Shown here one piece after another: positions 11,876 through 23,965 of a stretch of DNA of 64,000 nucleotides (positions are counted from its first letter, which is position 1; every line of letters starts with the position of its first letter). The translations under genes were made by a program, and so were the position numbers. Origin of the DNA: Octopus sinensis (lineage: Eukaryota). Location of the stretch: contig NC_043002.1 in NCBI RefSeq assembly GCF_006345805.1, positions 21,824,001-21,888,000 on the forward strand. Direction: 5' to 3'. The notes beneath the pieces are model-generated. The model did not search any database and was not told where the DNA came from. It saw nothing but the letters and a program-made list of their open reading frames with translations.

Positions 11876-12369
11876 GGTATTGAACCCTTGACCACAATGG
11901 TTGTGGCACAAACTTCATAACCACTCAGCTGGCTTGCATCCTCTCTGTCTTCTTTGAGTGATGTCAAGTTCAAGAAGTGCTTTTAATAATTCCTGATAGT
12001 TTTGTCAAGTGTTTGCATGTCTGTCTTTGTGCATCCTTTCTAGTTCCTAAGTCAGAGGAAGATTGGGGGCAGGGAAGGAGCTGTATCCCATTAGGTCTGC
12101 AGCCCATCCCATGTTGATAGGATTATTACAACTGAAGGTCCAATATGAATATCTGTAGAGAATATTTGTATGAGCTGGCAGTATTTGGAGCCGAGGTGTC
12201 TGGTCTGAGTGCTTGCAGCAAAATGAACTGTGTTAATGCTTTCATAAATATATTCCAAATGAAATATTGTGGCCAAGTGTTTTAATTAATTTTAAAATAA
12301 TCAAGAATTTTTATAGATTTTGTTAAAAATCATTAATATTTTCATTATTTAGTTTACTACGAGGTACCA

Positions 12370-12585
12370 TGCTGGCAGAATTGTTGCCATGCCAGACAAA
12401 ATGCTCGGCAACATTTTGTCTGGTTCTTTACATCCTGAGTTCAAATGTCACTGAGGTCGACTTTGCCTGTTGTCCTTTCTGGGTCCATTTCACTTGGTAC
12501 CAGTTGAGTATTGGAGGTGATGTAATCGACTAACTTCTTTCCCCTAAAATTGCTGGCCTTGTACCAGAATTTGGAACCAACAGTA
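12370..12585 (+). mobile_element. SINE family 1, old copy
   Basis: GCTGGCAGAATTGTT...GAGTTCAAAT...GTCGACTTTGCC...GATGTAATCGAC. Confidence 0.8.
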
Positions 12586-12856
12586 GAGTGCTGTAGTTTT
12601 AATCATGATACACAAGTAGAATAGCAAATAATGAAAACAGTGCTTCTTACAAGGGAAAATTTAGTAACCCTTATACTAGGTTGAGGCAAAAGTTTGTGTG
12701 CTGTTTTAAAATAATTGACTGAATGAACAAAAACACCCTAAAAATATATGGAAAGGCATTATTTTAATATAATAATAATAATAATGAAATTATTGTATAC
12801 AGTGCTCAGGTGCACCACAACACAGCGCACAAGTTTTTTCCTCAACCTAATATATA

Positions 12857-13088
12857 GGTGCAGGAGTGGTTGTGTGGTAAGTAGCTTTGTGTGTTTGTGT
12901 TTGTCCCCCCAACATCGCTTGACAACCGATGCTGTTGTGTTTATGTCCCCGTAACTTAGCAGTTCAGCAAAAGAGACTGATAGAATAAGTACTAGGCTTA
13001 CAAAGAATAAGTCCTGGGGTCGATTTGCTTGACTAAAAGGCAGTGCTCCAGTATGGCTGCAGTCAAGTGACTGAAACAAATAAAGGAA
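12857..13088 (+). mobile_element. SINE family 2, internally deleted
   Basis: Head GGTGCAGGAGTGG.TGTGTGGTAAG joined directly to the 3' half seen in the full copy at 54016. Confidence 0.85.
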
Positions 13089-13267
13089 AAAGAAAAGAAT
13101 ATGTCAGGCACAGAGGCCATTCACTTCTGATGTTGGGCCCTTGTGCCTGAAATATATAAAGTACGCCAGCATGGAAGGCAGACATTAAATAATGATTAAA
13201 TTAAACTTTCCCTTTTCACATTGTAAGCTCCTCTCCATCATTATTTAGTTATTTTACTAGGTTTTGA

Positions 13268-13915
13268 CCTGGCAGAATTGTTAGCACACCAGGCAAAATA
13301 CTTAGGAGCATTTCATCTATTTTTACATTCAGAGTTCGAATTCTGCTGAGATCAGTTTTGCCTTTCATCCTTTTGAGGTTGTTGAAATAAGTCCCAATTA
13401 AGACCGAGGTCAATGTAAATTGACTACCTCCGTCCCACCAAATTTCTGACTCTGTGATAGTAGAAAAGCTTCCTGTTATTATAAGGCAGCAAGCTGGCAG
13501 AATTGTAAATGCTTAGCAGCATTTTATTCATCATTACGTTCTGAGTTCAGACCATGCTAAGGTCAGCTTTGCCCTTCATCCTTTTGGAATCATTAAAATA
13601 AGTCCCAGTTGAACCCTGAGGTCAATGTAATCTTCCCCTAAAATTTCAGGCCTTGTACCTATAGGAGAAACGATATTTTGTTATTTTACTTGAAACAGTT
13701 ATTTTATCAAATGAATATCAGCAAAAATACTTTCCAGTATATGTTCCAACTCTTTACATCTTAAGTTCAAATTGTGCTAGGATCAACTCTGCCTTCCATA
13801 TTTTTCAAGGTTTGATAAAATAAAGCACAACTCAATTACTGGTAGGGGTTGATGTAATTGATCGGCCCCTCCCATCAAAACTGCCAGCCTTGTTCCTTAA
13901 TTAGAAACAATTATT
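13268..13915 (+). mobile_element. Three consecutive degraded SINE family 1 copies
   Basis: Three heads or B boxes (CTGGCAGAATTG, GAGTTC) each followed by TTTGCC(T/C)TTCATCC-like cores. Confidence 0.75.
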
Positions 13916-13959
13916 TAATTTGTATTTGGAATATAACTAATGATTCTTAATATGATGAC

Positions 13960-14108
13960 CATCATCATTTAACGTCCGCCTTCTATGCTGGCATGGGTTG
14001 GACAGTTTGACAGGAGCCAGCTAGGTAGAAGACTACACCAGGCTACAGTGTCTGTTATGGCATGGTTTTTACAGATGAATGCCCTTCCAAATGCCAACCA
14101 CTTCATAG
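13960..14108 (-). mobile_element. RTE-LINE 3' tail
   Basis: CATCATCATTTAACGTCCGCC...ATGCTGGCATGGGTTGGAC...ATGCCCTTCC matches the LINE 3' end. Confidence 0.85.
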
Positions 14109-14261
14109 TAACTTTAGCATAAATATAAACATTTTAAAATTAAAAGGTTTTGTTGTCATAGAAGCAAGGGCTGTCTCAGCGGGGGTTAGTATTATAATGA
14201 TTAATGTTATTCAAGGATCAGGTACATGATGATCTTTGGGTGGTGTACTTGTGTGGGGTTT

Positions 14262-14264
<3 letters not shown>

Positions 14265-14342
<78 letters not shown>

Positions 14343-14348
14343 GTGTGT
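14265..14348. repeat. (GT)n microsatellite
   Basis: Direct reading. Confidence 0.97.
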
Positions 14349-14759
14349 TTATGTGTGGGATGTTAATGTGATGTTGCTGTTGTTGTACAGTAAATTTATA
14401 TGTGGTTATTTGTTTGTTTTTTTTTACTTTTATTTTTATTTTTTCTAGATTGAGTCATCTGTAGAAGGTTGATGAAAAAAAAGGAAGGAAAAAAAGAGCA
14501 TGAGAAAAAGAAAGGAAGAAAAGAGAACAATCTGTTAAGGAACCAATAACAACAACAACAACAGCAACATCAATGAAAATTAAGGCAATGATGGAGGAGG
14601 AGATAGGGGGTTGGAGGAGGAGGCTCAGAAAGAAGGGAAAGATGGAAGGAAGGCAAGCTAGTGAAGAAGAAGGACAACAACAATAACACAACCAGCAATT
14701 ATTTGAAAGGGGGACAAAAAGCACACAAAAACAAAAGAAGACCAATCACCGTAAACACT

Positions 14760-14975
14760 GCATAACTACCACTACCACCACTGCTGCTGCTACTACTACT
14801 ACTACTGCTTCTTCTGCAACCTCTACCTGCACAATTGCTTCTACACCACCACCACTGCCTCTACCATTTCACTGCACCTTCTGCCACCACCACTGCTTCT
14901 ATCCCCTACTATAACTACATGCACCACCACCACCACCACTACTACTACTTCTACTACTACCACCACCATCACCAC
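14760..14975. repeat. (CTA/CCA)n trinucleotide low-complexity tract
   Basis: Direct reading. Confidence 0.85.
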
Positions 14976-15743
14976 TGACAGTGGCAGCAGATGTAAGGAG
15001 TAAAAAACACAGGCAAAAGTTCTTTTTAACCCCTCCTTCCTCTCTTCTATCTCTTACTGTCACTCATGTACACTTATCTACGGACCCTTTTTTTAGGAGG
15101 GCACTTTCCGTTTGCACTGCGACCCCACCACAGCTTTGTTCCTCACCTGCCCTCACAGCCACCACCATCACCAGCACCACCAACCATCACCACGTCAGAT
15201 GCTCTGCCTTACCTAATTCTTCCCCTCCGTCCACTCCTCCTCTTCATCATCGCCATTCCTTCCTTCCTCTTCATCGTGTCCTCGGTCTTGTGTCCACCCT
15301 TCATCCCATTCGATCCGATCCACTCCGATCCATGCTCCCCCCTACCCCACCACTCCCCAGCCTACTTCACTGTCGTTCACTGATGTCATCCGGTTTTCTA
15401 GCAGATATCCTTCCACCACCATCATGCCACCCTGAACCCCTAGAGTAGAAGGCGGGTAGGTAGTGCATATGACCACCCCTTTCACTTCTGACCCAACCAG
15501 TACTACTACCACCACCACCGCAAGCACCACCCCTAGCCTCACCATTAGCACCATCACCACCACCATCACCACCATCATTAATGACCACTGTTGCCTGTGC
15601 TGCCTGCATATAAACAACAACAACGACAACACCCAGGATTGTCAGATCCTCCCTCCTATAGCACCATCCCTAAAGACATCTCATACCAGCATCAACAACA
15701 CCAGCATCAACAACAATAACATGCAATGCTGCCTTGACCATCA

Positions 15744-16511
15744 ATGCCACCAAAACAACAACAACATCAAACAATGCTAATGTCACTTGTAACTGCAAGA
15801 ACACCACCAACATCACAGGCAGCATCAACAACACCATCACCACCTGCAATAATAATACCACCACTAAAAGTACTACTACCAACACCATCACCAACATCAA
15901 CAATACCTAACACTACCACCGACGACAATGCCATACCACCACTAACAGTACTGCTACCAACACCACCACCAACATCAACAACACCTAACACTACCACCGA
16001 AGACAATGCCATACCACCACTACCAGTACTACTACCAACGCCATCACCAACATCAACAACACCTAACACTACCACCGACGACAATGCCATACCACCACTA
16101 CCAGTACTACTACCAACATCAACAACACCTAACACTACCACCGACGAAAATGCCATACCACCACTACCAGTACTACTACCAACACCACCACCAACATCAA
16201 CAATACCTGACACTACCACCGACAACAATGCCATACCACCACTACCAGTACTACTACCAACACCATCACCAACATCAACAATACCTAACACTACCACCGA
16301 CGACAATGCCATACCACTACTACCAGTACTACTACCAACACCATCAACAACACCTAACACTACCACCGATGACAATGCCATACCATCACTACTAGTACTA
16401 CTACCAACACCACCGATGACCTCAACAGCAACACCGACAGTACCACTGTTCTTTTCCAAAGGATGCTGTTCCTGGGTACCTTCAAGAAAACTGGGTGGAG
16501 AGGAGATGTAG
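15744..16511 (+). CDS. Possible mucin-like Pro/Thr-rich ORF (unverified)
   Basis: 255-aa ORF with repeats PPLPVLLPTPSPTSTTPNTTTDDNAI; the antisense frame is also open, so openness is weak evidence. Confidence 0.15.
   Translation: MPPKQQQHQTMLMSLVTARTPPTSQAASTTPSPPAIIIPPLKVLLPTPSPTSTIPNTTTDDNAIPPLTVLLPTPPPTSTTPNTTTEDNAIPPLPVLLPTPSPTSTTPNTTTDDNAIPPLPVLLPTSTTPNTTTDENAIPPLPVLLPTPPPTSTIPDTTTDNNAIPPLPVLLPTPSPTSTIPNTTTDDNAIPLLPVLLPTPSTTPNTTTDDNAIPSLLVLLPTPPMTSTATPTVPLFFSKGCCSWVPSRKLGGEEM
15858..16440 (+). repeat. 78-bp tandem repeat (~7.5 units)
   Basis: Unit CCACCACTACCAGTACTACTACCAACACCATCACCAACATCAACAATACCTAACACTACCACCGACGACAATGCCATA; two shortened units of 66 and 69 bp. Confidence 0.95.
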
Positions 16512-16619
16512 CTGCCTTAACATCAGAATCCTTCCTCTTCCTTCTGCTCCTCCTCCTCCTCTTCCTCCTACCAATTATTTTTCCTTCTTTCTGGAAGACA
16601 TGGAACAGACTAACGATAC

Positions 16620-16665
16620 AAATTGACGATGAGGATGATGATAACAAAAATAATAATAACGATGT

Positions 16666-16704
<39 letters not shown>

Positions 16705-17345
16705 AAAATATTAATAATAATTCTTTTTAACAACAACCGTGATAATGATGATGATGATGATGAAGAAGAAGAAGAAAGAAAAAGATCAATCAAAAAAAAA
16801 ATACCGACTACCACCACTACCGCTACCACCACTGCAACACACACTATCACCACACATGGATTAACTAAATACATTATATACAAGATCCTCTCTACCTCCA
16901 CCTTCTCCTCTTCCTCTTCCTACCACTACTACTACTACTACTACTACAATCCCACCGACCCACCCACTGACCTCAACAGCTGCCTCCACATCCAAAGCAA
17001 TGCAAATTTGGCAGAATGATAAACAAATTAATGAATGAAGGAACAAATAATAATAATAATAATAATAATAATAATTGACAAGACGTAAAAATTCGGATCG
17101 GTGATGGTTGTAGTGGGGAATGGAGAGCAAAAGCTTATTCTTCTCTCTCTCTCTCTGTCTTTGTCTTTCTCTCTTCCTCTCTCACACATCTTTATCTCTT
17201 TTCCTTTCTTATGATTCCCTTCTCTCTCTCTTCTCTCTCTCTCTCTCTCTCTCTTACGTTTTCTTTGCCTTTCTTTCAATCTGACTGTCTCTGTCTCTCT
17301 CTTTTTCTCTCTCTCTCTCTCTCTCCTACCTTTTCTCTCATCCCC
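16620..17345. repeat. Mixed (AAT)n, (GAT)n, (CTA)n and (CT)n microsatellites
   Basis: Direct reading. Confidence 0.9.
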
Positions 17346-18744
17346 TTTCCTAATTATTCTCTCCATTCCCTGCTACCACCAGCACCACCCTCCTCCTCTG
17401 CCCACGTATGCCCCCTCCCCCCTCCTGCCAATCTGACCATCCAATCAATAAATTAAAAAGATCTCCCACCCCAACCACCACCACTACCAAAAAAGGCAAG
17501 TTCTCTGTTAAAACCTAAGACATCAAACAGAATCAAACACAACAATTACAAAAAAATAAACTTAATTAACAATTAACTAAGTAATAAAAACAACAACAAA
17601 AGCAACATATATGTGTAATCAAAAGAACTTTTTTTCTTTGCTTTGTCTTTTTTTATTTTCACATTTTTTGTCTAAAACTTTGTTGTTTATTCCTTGTTGT
17701 TGTTTGTTGTTGTTGCTGGCCCTGATCAAACAAATTCCATCCATGACCGTCCAGCCTTTTTGCTTTTATTTTCAGGAATATTGTACATCAGATTGTATTA
17801 TGCAGTCACCAACATGGCTATGTGGTTAAGAAGTTTGCTTTGGAATCATATAGTCTGGGATTCGGTCCCTCTGGATGGACACTGTTGTCTGGTACCTTCT
17901 TCCATAGCAGCAGGTTGACCAGTAACTCTCTTCCTCCCCGTCTCTCATTTCTTTTTCTAGATCTCCAAGACTAGTTGAAGGAAGGGATAAAGTTACCCTC
18001 AAACCAGAGACCTAGCATAAATCACACTCAGATCACACTCTTCTGCTTTATTAAAGGACACATTGGATATTTTGGGTTTCATTGGAGAAACCTTTGATCA
18101 TAGACTACCCACTGATGAAACTAATCAATGATGAAACATTCACTGATGAAGTCACACTCCTGTTTCATCTATCAGTGGTTTCATTACTGAGTGTCTTCAT
18201 CAGTGAGTGATTTCATCAGTAAATGGATTCATCAGCTGGTGTTTTCATCAGTGTATGGTTTTGCCCATGGGTGGCTTCGTCAACAGGTGGTTTCAACAAC
18301 AGGAGATTTTATTATTGTGGGTTCATCTATCAATGGTGTAAAATTTAAAGGCAGACGAAATTCCAACCTGATGCAGGGTAATTCTTTCCATTCCTAGCAT
18401 AGGGGCTATCCTGCTTGCTGGCTCTTACACGAGTGTATTTTTATTTTTATCAAATATTCTGCACCAGACACCTACCCAACACCACACCATTGGTTGGTCC
18501 TTGATTACTCATTCACTTTACATTATGGAGACTTTAGTGGTGATGGGTTGTAATTCAGAAATGGTGTCAGCTTAGATTTCCATCTTTGGTTATGAGTCTG
18601 TCCTTATTTTGGTGGCATATTGTTATTCTAGGTTTTATAAGAAATTAAAACTTCTGGTCCTCATCATTTCAAGAAAAATGAAGAATTTACTGAGAGGAAT
18701 TTAGTGAAGCATACTTTCCTGTGATTTAGAATTTAAAATATGAT

Positions 18745-18955
18745 GTACATAGCTTTGTGGTTAAGGTGTTGAATTCATGAAAGTAAGACTGTGGTTTCGA
18801 TTCCTGGACTGGGTGATATGTATTCTTGAGCAAAAAGCACTACATTTCACATTGCTCCAGTCCACTGAGCTGGTAAAAGCAATCCTGCAACAGACTGGTG
18901 ACCTGTCCATGGAGAAATATATATGCCAGAGAAACCGGAAACTGGTCCTATGCTC
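18745..18955 (+). mobile_element. SINE family 3, old copy
   Basis: GTGGTTAAGG...TTCGATTCCTGG...GCTCCAGTCCACTGAGCTGG...GAAACCGGAAACTGG. Confidence 0.7.
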
Positions 18956-19559
18956 TTTACAGAGTAATGTGGGCGTGCACATAAGAGGTGTGATATTGAA
19001 AATGGTTTCGTAGCTAGATGAAGCTGATTGAGTATCAATTTAAGAAGATCCCCTTAATGGGTTTGGTTGTTTCTAAATTGGCTTTTCAGGTTATAGTGAT
19101 TAGCTTTAGAGAGTTCTCTTGAACAAGTAGACCTTTACCGAAGACCTGGATGATGTTAACCAATGAGGGGTAGTTGCTTCACCCCTAAGAAATAACAGTT
19201 ACATCTCCCTCGGATTACACCTTACTATATTTTAAAATAAAATATATTGGATAATCTGGGGTGCATTATGTTTGAACAAAAAGATATGATGGGTTTGACT
19301 GGATTGCTTCAACTGAAAATGTTTTGGTGCTGTAACCTATTCACCCAACATGCCAGTTATTCTGTATGTTTAAGTCACCCTATCAGCATTTAACTGGTAT
19401 TCCTTGTGGTTATCTGTCCATTTTTTTTGTTGTTCTTGAATTAGAAAATATTTTGTTTATACTTCCTTTTTCAGTTCATGGACCTCTTAATGTTAAAGAA
19501 TTCATAGGTTTCATCCTAGACTATCATTTGACCTAGGTCATATCACAACAATAAGTAAT

Positions 19560-19830
19560 AGTAATTTCAGGCCTTGTGCCTATAGCAGAAAGGATTCCAC
19601 CGAGGTCGACTTTGCCTTTCATCTTTCAAGGGTCGATAAATTAAGTACCATTTGCACACTGAGGTTGATGTAATCAACTAGCACTCACCCCCAAAATTCC
19701 TGACCAGTTTCATGTCACAACAGTTTCATCTTTCAAGGGTTGATAAATTAAGTACCATTTGCACACTGAGGTTGATGTAATCAACTAGCACTCACCCCCA
19801 AAATTCCTGACCAGTTTCATGTCACAACAG
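19560..19830 (+). mobile_element. SINE family 1 fragment with 107-bp tandem duplication
   Basis: 19617-19723 repeated at 19724-19830 with one mismatch. Confidence 0.9.
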
Positions 19831-20579
19831 CAACCTGTGTTATGTTACAGTAATAACTATTGTATCTGTATCATGTCACAGCACTTTTATCAGTACATGG
19901 ATTCATTACTGGGTACTGTTATGTCATTATAGTGACACACTAGGGCCATGTTATAGTGTTAACAAACTTGCCTGTGCTGTGTCCATCTAGTAGATTTTAC
20001 TCACGTGAAGGCATATGGCCTAGTGGTTAACCTCTTGCACTCGCAATTGCTAGATGGTGGATTTGATTCTCAGACTGAGTAGCATGTTGTGTTCTCGAGC
20101 AAGACCCTTCATTTCATTTTGTTTCAATCCCTCTCTCGATCATGGGCCTGCTCATCTAGGTGGTGTCTCTCGAAGGGTAAAAATGATGCAAGGTGCACTG
20201 TGACCAGCGCTATGTAACAGCATCTGATAGCCTGGCTGGCCACATGATTTTTCACTCACAAGGCTTTGGTCAACCTGAAGCTGAGGTAGAAACCACACGT
20301 CCAGTGTTGTGCTGCTGTGGGATCAAACATAGAACAACGTGATTGAAAAGTGATTTGCTTAACCTCACTGTCCAGCCAGTATCTAAATGTTTGACCAATG
20401 TTATATCATATTGACCCTCTCCCTTCTGAGGAGTGAGCATTACTAGGATTTGAACTTAGTGAGTAAAAGTATAACTATTTACAGCAAAGCATTTTAGTCT
20501 GTCTCTACTATGTGTCCTACACAATGTTCTTTAATAATAATAATAATAAAAATAATAATAATTATAATGATAATGATGG

Positions 20580-21548
20580 TTTCAAATTTTGGCACACGGC
20601 CAGGAATTTTGGGGGTGGGTGCTAGTTGATTGCATCAACCCCAGTGTGCAACTGGTACTTAATTTATCGACCCTTGAAAGATGAAAGGCAAAGTCGACCT
20701 CGGCGGAATTTGAACCCAGAATGTGCAGACAGACGAAATGCTGCTAAGCATTTTGCCTGGCATCCTCACGTTTCTGTCAGCTCGCTGCCTTTAATAATAA
20801 TAATCCTTTCTGCTATAGGCACAAGGCCTGAAATTTTGGGGAAGGGGGACAGTCGATCACATCGACCCCAGTACACAACTAGTACTAATTTATCGACCGC
20901 GACAGGGTGAAAGGCAAAGTCGACCTCGGCGGAATTTGAACTCAGAACGTAGTGGCGGACGAAATACTGCTAAGCATTTCTTCCGGCGTGCTAATGATTC
21001 TTTTCTACTCTAGGCACAAGGCCCGAAATTTTGGGGGAGGGAACCAGTCGATTAGATCGACCTCAGTACGCAACTGGTATTTAATTTATTGACCCCGAAA
21101 GGGGAAGTTGACCTACGCGGAATTTGAACTCAGAACATAAAGACAGACAAAATACCTATTTCTTTATTACCCACAAGGGGCTAAACACAGAGAGGACAGA
21201 CAAACAGATTAAGTCGATTATATCGAACCCAGTGCGTAACTGGTACTTATTTGAATGACCCCGAAAGGATGAAAGGCAAAGTTGTCCTGGCGGAATTTGA
21301 ACTCAGAACGTAACGGCAGACGAAATACCTATTTCTTTACTGCCCACAAGGGGCTATACACAGAGGGGACAAACGGATTTAAGTCGATTATATCGACCCC
21401 AGCGCGTAACTGGTACTTATTTAATCAACCCCGAAAGGATGAAAGGCAAAGTTGACCTCGGCGGAATTTGAACTCAGAACGTAGCGACAGACGAAATACC
21501 GCAAAACATTTCGCCCGGCGTGCTAACGATTCTGCCAGCTCGTCGCCT
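20580..21548 (-). mobile_element. Array of five SINE family 1 units
   Basis: Head at ~21500-21548, two headless bodies joined at GAAATA-GG-TATTTC, then two further units with partial or complete heads. Confidence 0.92.
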
Positions 21549-22252
21549 TATATTTAATAATAATAATGATGATGATGATGATCAGAAGAAGAAAATCTTT
21601 TCCAACGCTGACACAAGTATGGAGACTGCAGTCAATTGCCAATTATATGAACTGCAGTACTTGTCTGATGCTTATTTTATCGATCTTTTAACCTTAGCTG
21701 AAATGTCATCTGGTTCAGCCCTCCACTTTCAACATGAACTCTCACATTGTCATTCACTTTCAAAATTTGATTTCAAAATATTTCCCCAGCAGCAATAAAC
21801 TATAGTCTTAACTCTCAAAAGAGGTGAACAGTGGAAGGTCTTCAGTCACCAGAGTACTAATTGTATTTGCTTTTCTAGTAACGACAACATTATTGCAAGT
21901 AGTGGCTGTACTAAACTACAGGCTACACTTTGCAACAATGTACCAGGTTTTCATGTAAACAACTCCACACTTAGTAACCAGGGCATCGATATGCCATCTA
22001 TAACCACAGATGGGGCTGACAGTTATTAAAATAACTATTGGTGCAACTGTAAAATTAGTTTGTTGTATCCTTTTGATGATAAATGTAGTGCTGATGGTAG
22101 TCTCAAACAAGCTACACTCTCTCCACCAAGATTTAAAGTATGCTTAAAATTCCATAGATATGTGTAAGGCTTCTTGGATTAATATCTAATGTACTTTTAA
22201 ATATGTGTGTAGCAGGGATGCCACAACTTGAGCTGCCTATAACAAGTAAAAG

Positions 22253-22487
22253 TAAGGCGGCGAGCTGGCAGAACCATTAGCACGCCGGGCGAAATGCGTA
22301 GCCGTATTTTGTCTGCCGTTACGTTCTGAGTTCAAATTACGCCGAGGTCGACTTTGCCTTTCATCTTTTCGAAGTCGATAAAATCATGTACCAGTTACGC
22401 ACTGGAGTCGATGTAATCGACTTAATTCGTTTGTCTGTCCTTGTTTGTCCTCTCTATGTTTAGCGCCTTGTGGGTAATAAAGAAACA
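22253..22487 (+). mobile_element. SINE family 1 monomer with 15-bp TSD
   Basis: TATAACAAGTAAAAG at 22238-22252 and 22488-22502. Confidence 0.95.
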
Positions 22488-23279
22488 TATAACAAGTAAA
22501 AGCGTGAAACGTTAATTTAAAATTTTTTATGGTTTATCTTAGCCTACATCAATAAATATATTAAGTGAAAATCTACAATGTGAAGAAAATTCTATTTTCA
22601 AACAATCTAATCAGAAAACCCAAGTTAATCAGTAAATGTCGCTGCAAAAATATTTTTTATCACGTCAACCGTAAAAGAACGGGGAAACCAAATTAAGATC
22701 CCAGATGTAAATCGTTTCCCCACTGGAAGTTAAACAGCCAACAATATGGATGTAGTCAAACAGACGTTGACTTCACAACGCACCAATACTGTTTTATCTT
22801 GAAACTGTGCTAGAGTTCTGATCACCAGCCTTCTCTGGGGTTTGTTTCTGAGATGATGTTATGAGAACAAACCATAAAGTGACTCGAAAATATATACGCA
22901 CACACATATACAGATACGTATACCTGCTGGACGAAGGCCTACTGTATGCACGCTCTTCCGTAGATAATTCAGATATGTAGCATGCAATGTATGTTATGTA
23001 GATCTGCCCAGTCATACAAGTCAATGAGTCTCATCAGTTAGCAGTCGTAGGGGATACGCAATACATCTGTAGAAAAGGGTATAACCACATGCAATCTGTT
23101 AAAACTTTCCGGACGTTCTGCACATAAAATCAGATGGTGTTCAAGCCAGTGGAAGCAACCCAATATTACCAATCTGTATATATATGTGAAAACGTATATA
23201 TATATATATATATATATAGGTGTATATCTATTATGTGTGTTGATATATATATATAATTTTTACTTACTTTAGTAATTGG

Positions 23280-23595
23280 ATTGTGGGCAAGGGCCATGCT
23301 GGAGCAACAGCTTGAAGCGTTTAGTTGAACAAACCGATCCCAGTTTTTAAGTCTGGTCTCTTTTGCAGAATCGCTAAATCACAGAGACATAAGCAAACCA
23401 ACACCGGTTGTCAAGCGATGGTGGTGGATGAACACACACACATATACAAACGACGGACTTCTTTTAGTGTTCATCTACTAAATCCACACGCAAGTGTTTG
23501 GTTGGCTCAGAACTTGTTCAAGGTGCCATGCAGTGGGACTGAACCTGAAGCCATGTGGTTGGCAAGCAAACTTCTTACCACACAGCCACGCCTAT
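23280..23595 (-). mobile_element. SINE family 2, old copy
   Basis: Reverse complement of the GGCGTGGCTGTGTGGTAAGAAG head and GTTCAGTCCCACTGC B box. Confidence 0.8.
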
Positions 23596-23599
23596 ATAT

Positions 23600-23965
23600 C
23601 CGTTTCTATTCTAGGCACAAGGCCCAAAATTTTGGGGGAGGGGGGCAGTCGATTAGAACGACCATAGTACGCAACTGCTACTTAATTCATCTACCCTAAA
23701 AGGATGAAAGGCAAATCGACCTCGGCGGAATTTGAACTCAGAACGTAAAGACAGACGAAATACCTATTTCTTTACTACCCCCAAGGAGCTAAACAATTAA
23801 GTCGGTTATATCGACCCCAGTGTGTAACTGGTACTTAATTTATCAACTCAGAAAGGATGAAAGGCAAAGTCGACCTCGGCGGAATTTGAACTCAGAACGT
23901 AACGGCAGACGAAATACAGCTACGCATTTCGCCCGACGCGCTAACGTTTCTGCCAGCTTGCCGCC
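23600..23965 (-). mobile_element. SINE family 1 dimer inserted at the family 2 head
   Basis: Head+body+headless body; AGCCACGCCT present on both sides (probable TSD). Confidence 0.88.

Noticed and set aside
12050-12276. Possible exon (YSYWTFSCNNPINMGWAADLMGY… on minus)
   Set aside because: All frames close, there is no good donor and I recognise no homologue.
18108-18255. Box C/D snoRNA
   Set aside because: The TGATGA words are part of a repeated module in both orientations; there is no single C-box/D-box pair with a terminal stem.
20626-20910. Recurring ORFs such as ...RNWYLIYRP.KDERQSRPRRNLNSE...
   Set aside because: They are antisense translations of SINE family 1; the recurrence reflects repeat copies.
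21520-22110. Short ORFs and an acceptor-like site at 21878
   Set aside because: The peptides are unrecognisable and strand-ambiguous; cannot be supported without transcript data.
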